Shown here in pieces: positions 19,701 through 28,723 of a stretch of 64,000 nucleotides of DNA; within the stretch, counting starts at the first letter, position 1, and each line of letters starts with the position of its first letter. Location of the stretch: IMG/VR virus record IMGVR_UViG_3300008267_000040, positions 1 to 64,000 of that record; one strand, 5' to 3'. The notes below the pieces were generated by a model that made no database searches, was not told the DNA's origin, and worked only from the letters and a program-made list of their open reading frames with translations. This DNA comes from a virus. A program made the translations under genes and the position numbers.

Positions 19701-21766
19701 ACCCCATATGCATCATCTGCAATGACAGTAGAATTGGTGACACCATTATAATTTAAGAGTAATTTTGTATAAGCATCTGGATAGAATGGAGAACCAAGTC
19801 CAAAAATATCCAGAGATGCAACTTCAAATGATGACCCACTATATCTAGAATTTCCAATCGAAAGTCTAGTAGCATCAAGAAATCCAAAGAATCCTTGAGA
19901 ACCACTAAAGTTATTACCAATTTTTACTTGAGATTGTGGATATGAATTTGTATCCGTATATACACTTCCTTCTTGAATTCCATTTACATATAATCTTGTT
20001 GATGTTCCATTTCTTGTTACTGCAACATGTGTCCAAGAACCTGCAGTAATAGATGTTACTCCAACAATCCTTTCTGAACCATTTACATAATAAGATAATA
20101 CATCGGCAGAGGTGATTCTAAGCATTGGAGCAACAGAAGGTTCTGCTGTTCTCATATCAAATAAAACTTCTTGTGTTGCTACTCTATTTCTATAAACCCA
20201 AGTTTCAAATGCAAAATCAGAAGTTTGAATTTCAAAATCAATATTTGAATCAACAACCAAAGAATCCGCAGTAGATCCTGCAGTTGGGTTTAGCAGTAAA
20301 GAAGAATTACCCCATTTTTTCTGGGATTGAGATATTGCAGCATCACCCAAAGCAGTAACACTCTTTGAAGTCGTGAATGTTGCAATCCCTGATGCACCAG
20401 CATCCACTCCTCTAACATGAATGACTAAATCATTATCAGAATTTCCACCTAAACTTGACCCTGGAATAATTAATCTTTGATTGTTCTTATATAAAGCACC
20501 AGCAGAATTTAAATTTACTAAGTATCTTCCTTGAGTTCTATCTATATCAAAAGTTCCACCACCACCAGTATTAAAGTTTTCTGGAACTGCGGATAATATT
20601 CCAACATTATTTGAACCACCAGAAGCATTTACTAAGTATGGACTGGAAAGTGTGATAGTATTTCCGTCAATGTTAGTTACAAATGTCGAATGTCCAGTTC
20701 CATCACTTACAGCAGAACCAACTTGAACACCTGAAACACTAGTAACTACTAAAGTATTTGATGGAGCAACAACATCCTCTAGCAATGTAGTTGTTGCAGT
20801 ATTAGTCGTAATACCAGTTACTTGTGTTCCTGAGGGAATACCACTTGCCGTTAAAGGAGAACCTAAAAGTGCATTATTTACTCCAGTATATGCAATTCTA
20901 TTTGAACCAGAACGTGTTATAAATCTTGAAGTAAACGAACCAGTAACACCATTTGATAGTAGAGAATATGATGGTGATCCTATTGCTGCTCCAGTGTAAA
21001 ATCCACCTCTTCTTAATTGAGAATATGGGGCAAATAGACTTTCAGTTGGATCACTTGTTCCCACTTTTCCCTTGGCAAAATATGTAAACACATTTGCATT
21101 TGGGACTGTTTCTACTAAAAATGAACCTTCTGCCCTAGATGAACCAGAAACAGTTTCTAACAGACCAAAAATTCTAAATGGTTGTCCAGCACCAAACCCA
21201 TGTGGTTCTACTGTTTGTACGGTTATAATTGATGCACCAACACCTCCAGTGTTTTGGCTTGCATCTGTTTGTACATTGGATATTGAAATATCAGAACCTG
21301 GAATTTCAAATGTACTTGGGTAACCTCTTAAGTGGTCAATTGTCTGCCACTTTGTTGGTTGAATTCCATATTCAAAGTCAGCATCAATCATGGACTGAGG
21401 TGTTGCCACTCTCATCCTTTCTACCGCATCAGTTCCAAAATTATATGGTCTGAATCTTACTTCTTCATCTTCAATAAAAATAGTTATAGAATCAGTTGCT
21501 TGCTGATCTGATGTATCGAATTCAAAGTGTATAGTTGTTACACCATTAGAGATTGATGATGCATATGGAAACTCTGCACTATTGCCAGGAGTAAATTCTA
21601 CAATAATTGGATTTACTGGATCCGCAAAATTATAAAGTATTTTATTACTTGTTACATTGACAAGCATCAGAATCTGATTTTTTCTGACCTTATCTAAGAT
21701 TTTTAAATTTCCAGACCCAGCAACTCCAGGTGAAAAAACATAATCTCTAATCTGTCTCTTAGCCAT
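16721..21766 (-). CDS. Large multidomain virion structural protein (1681 aa) with a LamG/concanavalin-A-like domain
   Basis: DFAFETWVY...WTHVAVTRNG..TRLYVNG LamG-like motif; Gly/Ser/Thr-rich beta modules; C-terminal FPNGPDVLAI...RWSEAQA. Confidence 0.8.
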   Translation of the reverse strand: MAKRQIRDYVFSPGVAGSGNLKILDKVRKNQILMLVNVTSNKILYNFADPVNPIIVEFTPGNSAEFPYASSISNGVTTIHFEFDTSDQQATDSITIFIEDEEVRFRPYNFGTDAVERMRVATPQSMIDADFEYGIQPTKWQTIDHLRGYPSTFEIPGSDISISNVQTDASQNTGGVGASIITVQTVEPHGFGAGQPFRIFGLLETVSGSSRAEGSFLVETVPNANVFTYFAKGKVGTSDPTESLFAPYSQLRRGGFYTGAAIGSPSYSLLSNGVTGSFTSRFITRSGSNRIAYTGVNNALLGSPLTASGIPSGTQVTGITTNTATTTLLEDVVAPSNTLVVTSVSGVQVGSAVSDGTGHSTFVTNIDGNTITLSSPYLVNASGGSNNVGILSAVPENFNTGGGGTFDIDRTQGRYLVNLNSAGALYKNNQRLIIPGSSLGGNSDNDLVIHVRGVDAGASGIATFTTSKSVTALGDAAISQSQKKWGNSSLLLNPTAGSTADSLVVDSNIDFEIQTSDFAFETWVYRNRVATQEVLFDMRTAEPSVAPMLRITSADVLSYYVNGSERIVGVTSITAGSWTHVAVTRNGTSTRLYVNGIQEGSVYTDTNSYPQSQVKIGNNFSGSQGFFGFLDATRLSIGNSRYSGSSFEVASLDIFGLGSPFYPDAYTKLLLNYNGVTNSTVIADDAYGVAVPSYRTYSGITGITTGFGVGAEFDVYRSGSGAYTVTFRTGQTSTGSAYALSDTITIDGSVLGGSSGTNNLVITATSVDGSGAISAFTVSGTSISGNVSYTNVAPILTGSGGTFNITKSAGGYIVTPDAQGTGYFPGYQLKILGNLLGGTTPSNDLFITVSTTTPDSSTRGRIQTVVATGTPNTGAILNFFPSVAVSELTSSPISDGASISHSSLARFQVSFANAHGLVPGDTITSTVTSAGTGHSLASGPFVIDSTPTSNSIVFNARTPGSVSASGIAGTVYPRPDCFYVHRPFDGGVQLGVGGPAHGAHAVRQSKKYIRYQSGKGVMYTTGALFAPSYDIRSVSAASTSIGSVVTITTDDTEHGVQVGAEVAISNIETPGYNGHYTVNSVINENTFTVLAVNSLASTSPVLGRPPTLSLYRWKGATVRAGAFDDQNGIFWQYDGINLAVGLRSATFQLAGTISATPDSNLVTGANTRFTDQLVVGDRIVIRGMTHVVTTIIGNNAITVSPDFRGVSSISGAKATLVQDRIIPQTQWNIDKADGTGASGYEIEINKMQMIGFQYTWYGAGFIDWMLRGPDGNYLFVHRLKNNNSNTEAYMRSGNLPVRYEVINEGPKSKLASTISQSQTTVSLVDASLYPSSGTIYVDNELINYTGKSGNTLTGITRAASFGNYSSGSFRTYTAGAAASHSEGSGAILLSNTATPVISHWGSAFLTDGLFDSDRGYIFNYPYVGGTISTTKTTAFMIRLSPSVSNAITGDLGQRELINRAQLLLKSLEFTPTGGSTSQAVIIEGILNPSNYPSNPSLVQWFTLTSQGAGGQPSFAQIANASAITWEGGAQTINAATAEVQNYFTQYQVFNAVDVANVRIGFFVSGTGVPGGTRVINIFRRDANRNYVQFSNSVNSGPSGTTYTFTANTVSAAPGETVFSFVATATDKSTIDLSELKELNNTPIGGRGTFPNGPDVLAINVYLTNGSNITSNLVLRWSEAQA

Positions 21767-21792
21767 TTAAGAATATCTCCTTGTAGTGCAAA

Positions 21793-22869
21793 TTAAGAAA
21801 GTGCGATTGCCATTACAATTGCTCTTACATCAACATACTTTTTATTGGCAGCATCCGAATCAGAAGTTGCAGTTCCAACATTTATAACTTTATTATTTAG
21901 TGCATTGATTGTTGAACCAACACTTAAAGAGCCTCCTATTACAGCACCATCATTGATTGAAATGCTTTCCGATAAAGATAAATTTGCAATATCATTTGAT
22001 ATTGTTAAATTTAAATTTTTATTTGCTGATAATGTTCTAGCAACTCCAACTGGACTTTGGTTACTTCTAAATCTTATAGTGGAAGAAACGTTTGTTGGAG
22101 TATTTCCAGTTAGATTAGCTGCATTTAATGAAGCATTTACTGAAGTGGCAGTAATAACACCAGATACATTTAAATTTCCACCTATTGTGGCAGAATTAAC
22201 AACTGTAAGATTTGAAAATGTATTTGGTGGTGCTGTTTCCTCTACTGATTTTCCAAATACAGTAAAAGATACTCTAGAGTTATCAGATGAAGAGTATACT
22301 AATGTTTGTCCGTTTGATAATTTTAAATTAGTTCTTACATAGGATTGATTTGGTGAAACCAATTCATCATATTCTACATACTGTGAACTATTAAAATCTA
22401 ATGCAGACGAAGTTGCAATTCCCAATCTTACTTTAGAATTTAAAGATCCAAGATTGCAAGCAACTACTGTTACTTCAACTGACCTTCCAGAAGGTGCTGT
22501 ATATAAAGCAAGTCTTTTATTTTTTGTAGATATTTCAGAGTTTAAAATTACAGAATCTGTTGTGTCTGCATATTCTTCACCATACAAAAGAAAGTTTGTA
22601 TTTAATGATGATGATTGTATAATTAAACTCTGTCCATTTCCAAAATAAATATTTTCAGATTCATATGTTTCTCCCCTCTCTAATACTGTAGAGGCAATGT
22701 AGTTCAAATCAATAGAATTTGTAGAAATACCTACTTTGATTCTTACTGGTTCAAAATTTTTATGTGAAATGGAAATTTTTCCATCAACTAAAATACCAGA
22801 TGAAGAGGTATATAATATAGTATTTTTATTTGGAACTGGTATTGAAGACGATAAAAGGCCAAAAGCCAT
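21793..22869 (-). CDS. Putative structural protein (358 aa) with two tandem ~100-aa beta domains and a fibre-like C-terminus
   Basis: Both domains resemble 34423..34743; C-terminal DAANKKYVD fibre motif; TATAAATA upstream. Confidence 0.7.
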   Translation of the reverse strand: MAFGLLSSSIPVPNKNTILYTSSSGILVDGKISISHKNFEPVRIKVGISTNSIDLNYIASTVLERGETYESENIYFGNGQSLIIQSSSLNTNFLLYGEEYADTTDSVILNSEISTKNKRLALYTAPSGRSVEVTVVACNLGSLNSKVRLGIATSSALDFNSSQYVEYDELVSPNQSYVRTNLKLSNGQTLVYSSSDNSRVSFTVFGKSVEETAPPNTFSNLTVVNSATIGGNLNVSGVITATSVNASLNAANLTGNTPTNVSSTIRFRSNQSPVGVARTLSANKNLNLTISNDIANLSLSESISINDGAVIGGSLSVGSTINALNNKVINVGTATSDSDAANKKYVDVRAIVMAIALS

Positions 22870-22891
22870 AATCTACAACTTAACTTTTAAT

Positions 22892-22899
22892 TATTTATA
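22892..22899 (-). promoter_or_regulatory. Late promoter TATAAATA in the 41-bp divergent gap
   Basis: tatttata at 22892-22899; overlaps a + strand TATAAT at 22896-22901. Confidence 0.7.
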
Positions 22900-22910
22900 A
22901 TTCACTTATT

Positions 22911-23696
22911 ATGATTATTCTTACTGGATATTCTGGATTTATTGGGAAAAAATTTCTTGAAAAAATAAATCAACCAATTATTAAAGTTGAAAAGGAGGAT
23001 TCTTTTAAATTCTTATCCTCCTTTACTGACTGGGACAAAGTATCATTAATTTTGCACCAAGGGGCAATTTCATCAACAACTGAACGTAATATTTCTACTC
23101 TGCATCACCATAATGTTGCATTTACTTTGATGCTGTTTGACTATGCCATTCAACACCAAATCCCAGTAAAGTTTGCATCATCTGCATCGGTTTATGGAAA
23201 TACTTTGGGTACTATTAATCCATTAAATCATTACGCAATCACTAAATTGCAAATTGATTATTTTATTCAAGACAATATCGATAAATTTTCTTCTATTCAA
23301 TCATTCAGATATTTTAATGTATACGGTCAAGGAGAAGACCATAAAGGAGACCAAGCATCACCAATATCAAAGTTCACTAAACAGATTAAAGAAACTGGTA
23401 AACTTAAACTATTTGAAGGTTCTGATAAATTTTTGAGGGACTTTATATGTGTTGATGATGTAGTTGATATTGTTATGAATAGTAATGTTCCTTCTGGAAT
23501 TTATGATTTGGGAACTGGTGAACCAATTTCATTTCAAGAAGTTGCAGAACTAGTCACAAAAAAAGAAGGAGGTGAGATTGAACTCATCCCCTTCCCAGAA
23601 CATCTTAAAGGTAAATATCAGGACTATACTAAAGCAAATATGCAATGGATTGACAAATATAAATTTACTACTGTCGAAGAGTATCTCCTTCGATAA
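22911..23696 (+). CDS. hldD: ADP-L-glycero-D-manno-heptose 6-epimerase-like extended SDR
   Basis: TGYSGFIG Rossmann motif, HQGAISSTTE, ASSASVYG, YAITK (YxxxK), FRYFNVYG.GE.HKG.QAS and RDFICVDD; only + strand gene in the window. Confidence 0.88.
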   Translation: MIILTGYSGFIGKKFLEKINQPIIKVEKEDSFKFLSSFTDWDKVSLILHQGAISSTTERNISTLHHHNVAFTLMLFDYAIQHQIPVKFASSASVYGNTLGTINPLNHYAITKLQIDYFIQDNIDKFSSIQSFRYFNVYGQGEDHKGDQASPISKFTKQIKETGKLKLFEGSDKFLRDFICVDDVVDIVMNSNVPSGIYDLGTGEPISFQEVAELVTKKEGGEIELIPFPEHLKGKYQDYTKANMQWIDKYKFTTVEEYLLR

Positions 23697-24039
23697 CTCT
23701 AATACTATCTTCATCAAAATGCTCTGTAGAAAATTCAAATAATTCAGTATCTTCTAGAGCATACATCCTATGTCTAAGTCCTACAGGAACATGGAATTTA
23801 TCACCTTTCCGTAGGACTCTTTTTTGTGCGAGTTCAATATTATCGTCTTCCCCATAGAATAATATAAGTTTTCCAGACTGAATATAAAATGTTTCGTCTT
23901 TAACTTTATGGTAATGCCAGGAGCATTTTTTTCCTTTTACAAAGTAAAGGAGTTTACCACAATACTGGTCACAATTTACAATCCACTTTTCAAATCCCCA
24001 TCCTTTGGGAACAAATTTAATTGAAGAAGTCATTAGCAT
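23668..24039 (-). CDS. Cupin-fold protein (sugar-phosphate isomerase-like)
   Basis: VPKGWG.E.W, CSWHYHKVKDETFY and H..VG.RHR metal-binding cupin motifs. Confidence 0.8.
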   Translation of the reverse strand: MLMTSSIKFVPKGWGFEKWIVNCDQYCGKLLYFVKGKKCSWHYHKVKDETFYIQSGKLILFYGEDDNIELAQKRVLRKGDKFHVPVGLRHRMYALEDTELFEFSTEHFDEDSIRVIEGDTLRQ

Positions 24040-24349
24040 TCATTCCTTTATCGTCTATGTATATATCTCCACTTGGTTTTCCAAGTATTAGTTCATGGTA
24101 CTTGCAACCCCATATTTCTAGTTGCATTTTAGTTAAGTTGTAAAACTTTTGGGTTGCTTTATCACTATCATCTTTACATCTTCCCATACCACGGGCAGTA
24201 AAATATTTAATTATATGTCCATCATCAAATAAAGAATTAATTTTGTTTATTCTTTCTGGAATTGGAGAACTCCCTTCATACTTACATGAAGAGCAATCAC
24301 CATTGGTACAAATAGTACCATCAATGTCTATTACAAATGTCATTAACAT
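24017..24349 (-). CDS. Small HAD-superfamily phosphatase (capsule-biosynthesis phosphatase-like)
   Basis: DIDGT (motif I), FTARG (II), GKP (III) and YIDDK (IV). Confidence 0.85.
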   Translation of the reverse strand: MLMTFVIDIDGTICTNGDCSSCKYEGSSPIPERINKINSLFDDGHIIKYFTARGMGRCKDDSDKATQKFYNLTKMQLEIWGCKYHELILGKPSGDIYIDDKGMNANDFFN

Positions 24350-25091
24350 CTTTTTGATTTAATACGTAAGTTCCTTGATTTTGAATTGCTATAGATGCTG
24401 CTCTATTTGCCAATGATATTGATTTGTTTATGTCATTTGTCTTTAAATATCCATATGTTAATGCTGCAAGAAAAGTATCCCCAGCACCAACGACATCATA
24501 TACATTAACTTTTTCTGCTGGGTAATGAGTGTCTCTATAGTAACAACCATCAGAACCTCTTGTGACAATTAAATTAAAGTATTCATATTTGTTTTCTAAT
24601 TTTTCATATTCAATATCATTTATTTTGATAAAACAATTTTCTTTATTTGGCAATACAGTTTTTTTACTATCAATAAAAACTGGAATACTAGATGACTCTG
24701 CAATTTCAAATAGTTTTTTAATTGTCAAATAACCTTTATTATAATCTGATATTACAATAGCATCAAAATTTGTACTGCTCACAGGAAGCATTAATGGTTT
24801 TATTGGTTCTTCATTATCAACCCTAAGAAGTTGTTGATTTGATTTTTCATCTATGAACCTAGTTTTAACTAGTTTTTCAGAGTTAGTCAGAAAAGTAACG
24901 TCTATATCAAATGCCTGAAGATTAAAACAGACATTTGCTGCCATTCCTGCTTTAGTTTCTATTTTGGAATAGTTCATCACTGGAACTGGTGCTTCTGGAT
25001 TTAGTCTTTCGCACCTCCCATAGATATATTCATCTTCGCAACTATCCCCTATCAATAATACTTTGAATGATTTTTGTTGAGGAGTATTCAT
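24321..25091 (-). CDS. hldA: D-glycero-D-manno-heptose-7-phosphate kinase (HldE/RfaE domain I, PfkB family)
   Basis: LLIGDSC.D.Y.YG..ERLNPEAPVPV, AANV, KTRF, QQLLRVD, ISDYNKG and DVVGAGDTF motifs. Confidence 0.88.
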   Translation of the reverse strand: MNTPQQKSFKVLLIGDSCEDEYIYGRCERLNPEAPVPVMNYSKIETKAGMAANVCFNLQAFDIDVTFLTNSEKLVKTRFIDEKSNQQLLRVDNEEPIKPLMLPVSSTNFDAIVISDYNKGYLTIKKLFEIAESSSIPVFIDSKKTVLPNKENCFIKINDIEYEKLENKYEYFNLIVTRGSDGCYYRDTHYPAEKVNVYDVVGAGDTFLAALTYGYLKTNDINKSISLANRAASIAIQNQGTYVLNQKDVNDICNRH

Positions 25092-25443
25092 TTATTCTAT
25101 CGAAAAATTTTAATTCTTTTGCATGTTGTGATCCTATAACTGGTTTATCCTTCCAATCAGATCCTACCACCATTATATCAGGTTTATAGTATTCTACAAG
25201 GTCTTCAAGTTCTCCATCACTATCAAATGTTCTGACCTCATCAATAGTAGAAAGATTTGCAAGCATAAACGCACGTTCCCATAAACAATTAATTGGTCTC
25301 GTTGGTCCTTTTTTCTCTTTTACTCTTTCATCAGAATCAATTGCTACTATCACATAATCACCTAAAGATTTTGCATATTGAAATAGAGAAAGATGTCCCG
25401 TATGTAGGACATCGAATGTGCCATTAACAAATACTTTTTTCAT
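25042..25443 (-). CDS. hldC: Heptose-1-phosphate nucleotidyltransferase (HldE/RfaE domain II-like, cytidylyltransferase fold)
   Basis: NGTFDVLHTGH (HxGH), DSDERV...KGPTRPIN, VGSDW and YSSTKII; overlaps the kinase gene. Confidence 0.82.
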   Translation of the reverse strand: MKKVFVNGTFDVLHTGHLSLFQYAKSLGDYVIVAIDSDERVKEKKGPTRPINCLWERAFMLANLSTIDEVRTFDSDGELEDLVEYYKPDIMVVGSDWKDKPVIGSQHAKELKFFDRINEYSSTKIIQSIIDRG

Positions 25444-27016
25444 TTGGAATATAAATCAATTTATTAATTTCTGGGAGATATAGATATTCAATTTTACTAG
25501 TACGAAGAGTATTGAGAGCATCTTCCATAGTATCAACAATAGTGTCACCTGCTTTATTGAATGATGTATTAAAAAGTATAGGGACTCCAGTTAAGTTATA
25601 AAACTCTGATATCAAATTATAGTAATTTTTATTTTGTTCTTTTTTCAGGGTCTGAATTCTACAGGTTCCATCAACATGAGTTATTGCTGGAATTTTTTCT
25701 GGGTATAAAACATTAACGGTATACATCATATTTGGACTTTCTATCAATTCTCCCATATCAAACCATTCATGAGTCCGTTCAAATAAAACAGTTCCAGCAA
25801 ATGGTCTGAAAGATTCCCTTCCTTTCACTTTATTTACTATATCTTTTCCATTAGAAACTCTAGGGTCAAATAAGATAGATCTATTGCCTAGTGCTCTTGG
25901 TCCAGACTCTGACCGTCCTTGTGCTATCGCAACTATATTTCCATCTACTATTAAGTTTGCTACTTCCTTTGGTAATATAGGTTTTTCTATTTCATTTTCA
26001 AGAAGAGTGTAGTCGTATTTTAATTTTTCTCCAAGATATAAAGTTGAAATTGATTTTCTATCAGTTAACCCACCACCTTCTCTTCCCATTTCACAGAAAT
26101 ATGCTGCTCCGAGGGAAATACCACTATCACTAGAGATTGGTTCAACATAAAGATTTACGTCTTTTGGTAATTTTTTTCTTAAATTAAAATTAGCAACGCA
26201 ATTTAAAGCACATCCACCAGTCCATACAAGATTTTTATTTCCAGTTAGTTCTAGTGTTTTTAATACAAAGTCTAATACATAGTCTTCAAAATCTTTTTGG
26301 ACTCTATATGCTATGTCTTCTTTTTCTATATTTTTTAACCAGGAATAATCTCTTAATGAATACCCAATTAGACCTTGTTTTTTTGCAGTATTTTTAAATA
26401 GTGTGGTTACTCCACCCCTTTCAGTAATTAATTTTTTAACTTTTGGGTTTTCTTTTCCATACGAAAATAAACCCATAGTTTTTCCACACTGAATTGGGTC
26501 CCAACCCAGATAAGAGGTTACTGCAGCATATACTTGTCCAGCACCAATAAATCCCTCACCAGAATAATTTTGTTTAATTGTATAAAAAGTTTGTGGTTTT
26601 GTAAAAGTAAAAATACTCTCAATTTCAATTTGTGTAGGTGATATATTAGCACCGCCCCCATCCATAACCATAACGGCAGCGTTATCAAATCCTGAATGAA
26701 CAAAACCACAAGTAGCATGAAGAAGATGATGATCCTGAGATAAATTCACGACATTTTTTACAGTAATGCCAAGAATTTGTGTTATGTACTTATAGTAAGT
26801 TTTTACAGAAGACTTATTTTCGTCTAAGTGTAAAAATGTATAAGCACATATATCAACGGTATCGGTGTATTCTTTAACTTTTTTTAAAGCATTTAATGGT
26901 GAGGAGTCGTATTTTTTATGAGTTATACGTTCTTCTTGTATATGAAAAACAACCTCACCGTCCTTTAATAAAGTTACAGATGCATCGTGTGTTATGTTAA
27001 ATGCAAGGATCCACAT
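25424..27016 (-). CDS. Carbamoyltransferase, NodU/CmcH family (copy 2)
   Basis: HDAS, EER, HHLLHA, DGGG, GKTMGL, GGCALNCVAN, GPRALGNRSIL, RPFAG, HVDGTCRIQT and NTSFN motifs. Confidence 0.93.
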   Translation of the reverse strand: MWILAFNITHDASVTLLKDGEVVFHIQEERITHKKYDSSPLNALKKVKEYTDTVDICAYTFLHLDENKSSVKTYYKYITQILGITVKNVVNLSQDHHLLHATCGFVHSGFDNAAVMVMDGGGANISPTQIEIESIFTFTKPQTFYTIKQNYSGEGFIGAGQVYAAVTSYLGWDPIQCGKTMGLFSYGKENPKVKKLITERGGVTTLFKNTAKKQGLIGYSLRDYSWLKNIEKEDIAYRVQKDFEDYVLDFVLKTLELTGNKNLVWTGGCALNCVANFNLRKKLPKDVNLYVEPISSDSGISLGAAYFCEMGREGGGLTDRKSISTLYLGEKLKYDYTLLENEIEKPILPKEVANLIVDGNIVAIAQGRSESGPRALGNRSILFDPRVSNGKDIVNKVKGRESFRPFAGTVLFERTHEWFDMGELIESPNMMYTVNVLYPEKIPAITHVDGTCRIQTLKKEQNKNYYNLISEFYNLTGVPILFNTSFNKAGDTIVDTMEDALNTLRTSKIEYLYLPEINKLIYIPNEKSIC

Positions 27017-27030
27017 TATTCATTTAGTAA

Positions 27031-28713
27031 TCAATTGGGAATATGAACAAGTTTTTGAATTTCTGGGAGGTACATATACTCAATATCACTTTTTTTCAGA
27101 GTATCAACACCATCTTCAACAGTCTCAACCAAGGGATCACCACCCAAATTAAAACTAGTATTGAAGAGAATTGGAACATCACTCAATTTTTCGAAGGCAT
27201 CAATCAGATTATAATAATGTTCGTTTTGTTCTGGAGTTACAGTCTGAATGCGACAAGTTCCGTCAACGTGAATGACTGAAGGAATCTTTTCTTCGACACC
27301 ATCTTGACACTTCACTGCATACATCATATGAGGAGTTTCTTCACGTCCAGTAAGGTCAAACCAATCATGCACACATTCTTTTTTGATTGAACATGCAAAT
27401 GGACGGAACCATTCACGACGTTTTACAGTGTTAACAATATCTTTACCGTCTTTAATAGTTGGGTCAAACAGAATTGAACGATTGCCAAGGGCACGAGGAC
27501 CACCTTCAGAACGACCTTGATACATGGTAACGATATTCCCTTCACGAATTAGTTGTGCAACTTCATCATAAGAAGTGTCAGTTACTTCAAGTCCATCTAG
27601 AGCATCTTCATATGTATTTGGATTATATTGAGGACCATAATAGACGGAAGACTGCTTTTGTGGTGTTTTATTTGAGGTTACCTTATGCCAAATATACTTT
27701 GCTCCACCAATTGATGTGCCACCATCATGGGAAATGGGTTCACAGTAGATGTTTAGATCTGGGAACTCTTTCCAATACTTATAATTGGCAACGCAGTTAA
27801 GACCATAACCACCACAAATAACAATATTCTTTTCTCCAGTTTCTTCGTGTGCCTTACGAATCAGTTCAACCATTCTATCCGAAGTTGCTTCTTGGATAGC
27901 ATATGCCATATCTTTTTGGATTTCTGTATACTCATTCTGTTTGTGATTTTCTACATCATCCATTAAGATTGAATATCTTCCAACATTTATTTTTGCAGCA
28001 TTTGGATATGTGGGAAGAATCACTTCTCTGTTTCCCCATCCATTAGCAAAGAATTTGGGAAGTGAATCATTTGGGTTTCCATATGGGGCAAGACCCATTA
28101 GTTTTCCTGCTTCGATTGCGGGAAAACCACAGTATTCAGTCACTGCTTCATACATTTTTGTATGACCAGGATATTCAGTTATAAAAATACCATCCTTAAC
28201 TTGATTGCAACCTATTGGTGCTTTTGTTCCGAGGTGTTTATAAACTACTTCGAAGTTTTTAGGATAAGATGCTTTAAAAATAGTTTCAAATTCAAATACA
28301 ACATCGTCAATTCCTTCAAATTGAAGAAAACTTCCAGCACCATCAGCAATTACACAAGCAGCGGTTTCAAATCCTGAGTTATAAAAACCACAGGCAGCGT
28401 GCATTTCATGATGAATGTTATCGATAAAATGCACTTCAAAGTCAAACTTTTTCTTTGCAAGTTTCCTTACCCATCCATGGTATAAATCTTCACCAGTCCA
28501 GTCTAACTGGGGTCCATGCCTATGGGTGTGACAAACAACCAAATGGTCAATATGGTCTACGTAATCAAATACCTTTTCAAGCCCCAATAGTGGAGAACCA
28601 TCATATTTAAATTTGGACAATCTTTCTTCTTCTAGATAGAAAATAACTTCACCATCTTTTAAAAGAGTTGTGCTTCCATTATGTCCACGAGCACATGCTG
28701 CAATAATAGTCAT
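27031..28713 (-). CDS. Carbamoyltransferase, NodU/CmcH family (copy 1)
   Basis: EEERLSK.K, HHEMHA, DGAG, GKLMGLAPYG, LNCVANY, DGGTSIG, GPRALGNRSIL, REWFRPFA and NTSFN motifs. Confidence 0.93.
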   Translation of the reverse strand: MTIIAACARGHNGSTTLLKDGEVIFYLEEERLSKFKYDGSPLLGLEKVFDYVDHIDHLVVCHTHRHGPQLDWTGEDLYHGWVRKLAKKKFDFEVHFIDNIHHEMHAACGFYNSGFETAACVIADGAGSFLQFEGIDDVVFEFETIFKASYPKNFEVVYKHLGTKAPIGCNQVKDGIFITEYPGHTKMYEAVTEYCGFPAIEAGKLMGLAPYGNPNDSLPKFFANGWGNREVILPTYPNAAKINVGRYSILMDDVENHKQNEYTEIQKDMAYAIQEATSDRMVELIRKAHEETGEKNIVICGGYGLNCVANYKYWKEFPDLNIYCEPISHDGGTSIGGAKYIWHKVTSNKTPQKQSSVYYGPQYNPNTYEDALDGLEVTDTSYDEVAQLIREGNIVTMYQGRSEGGPRALGNRSILFDPTIKDGKDIVNTVKRREWFRPFACSIKKECVHDWFDLTGREETPHMMYAVKCQDGVEEKIPSVIHVDGTCRIQTVTPEQNEHYYNLIDAFEKLSDVPILFNTSFNLGGDPLVETVEDGVDTLKKSDIEYMYLPEIQKLVHIPN

Positions 28714-28723
28714 AGTTTACTCC

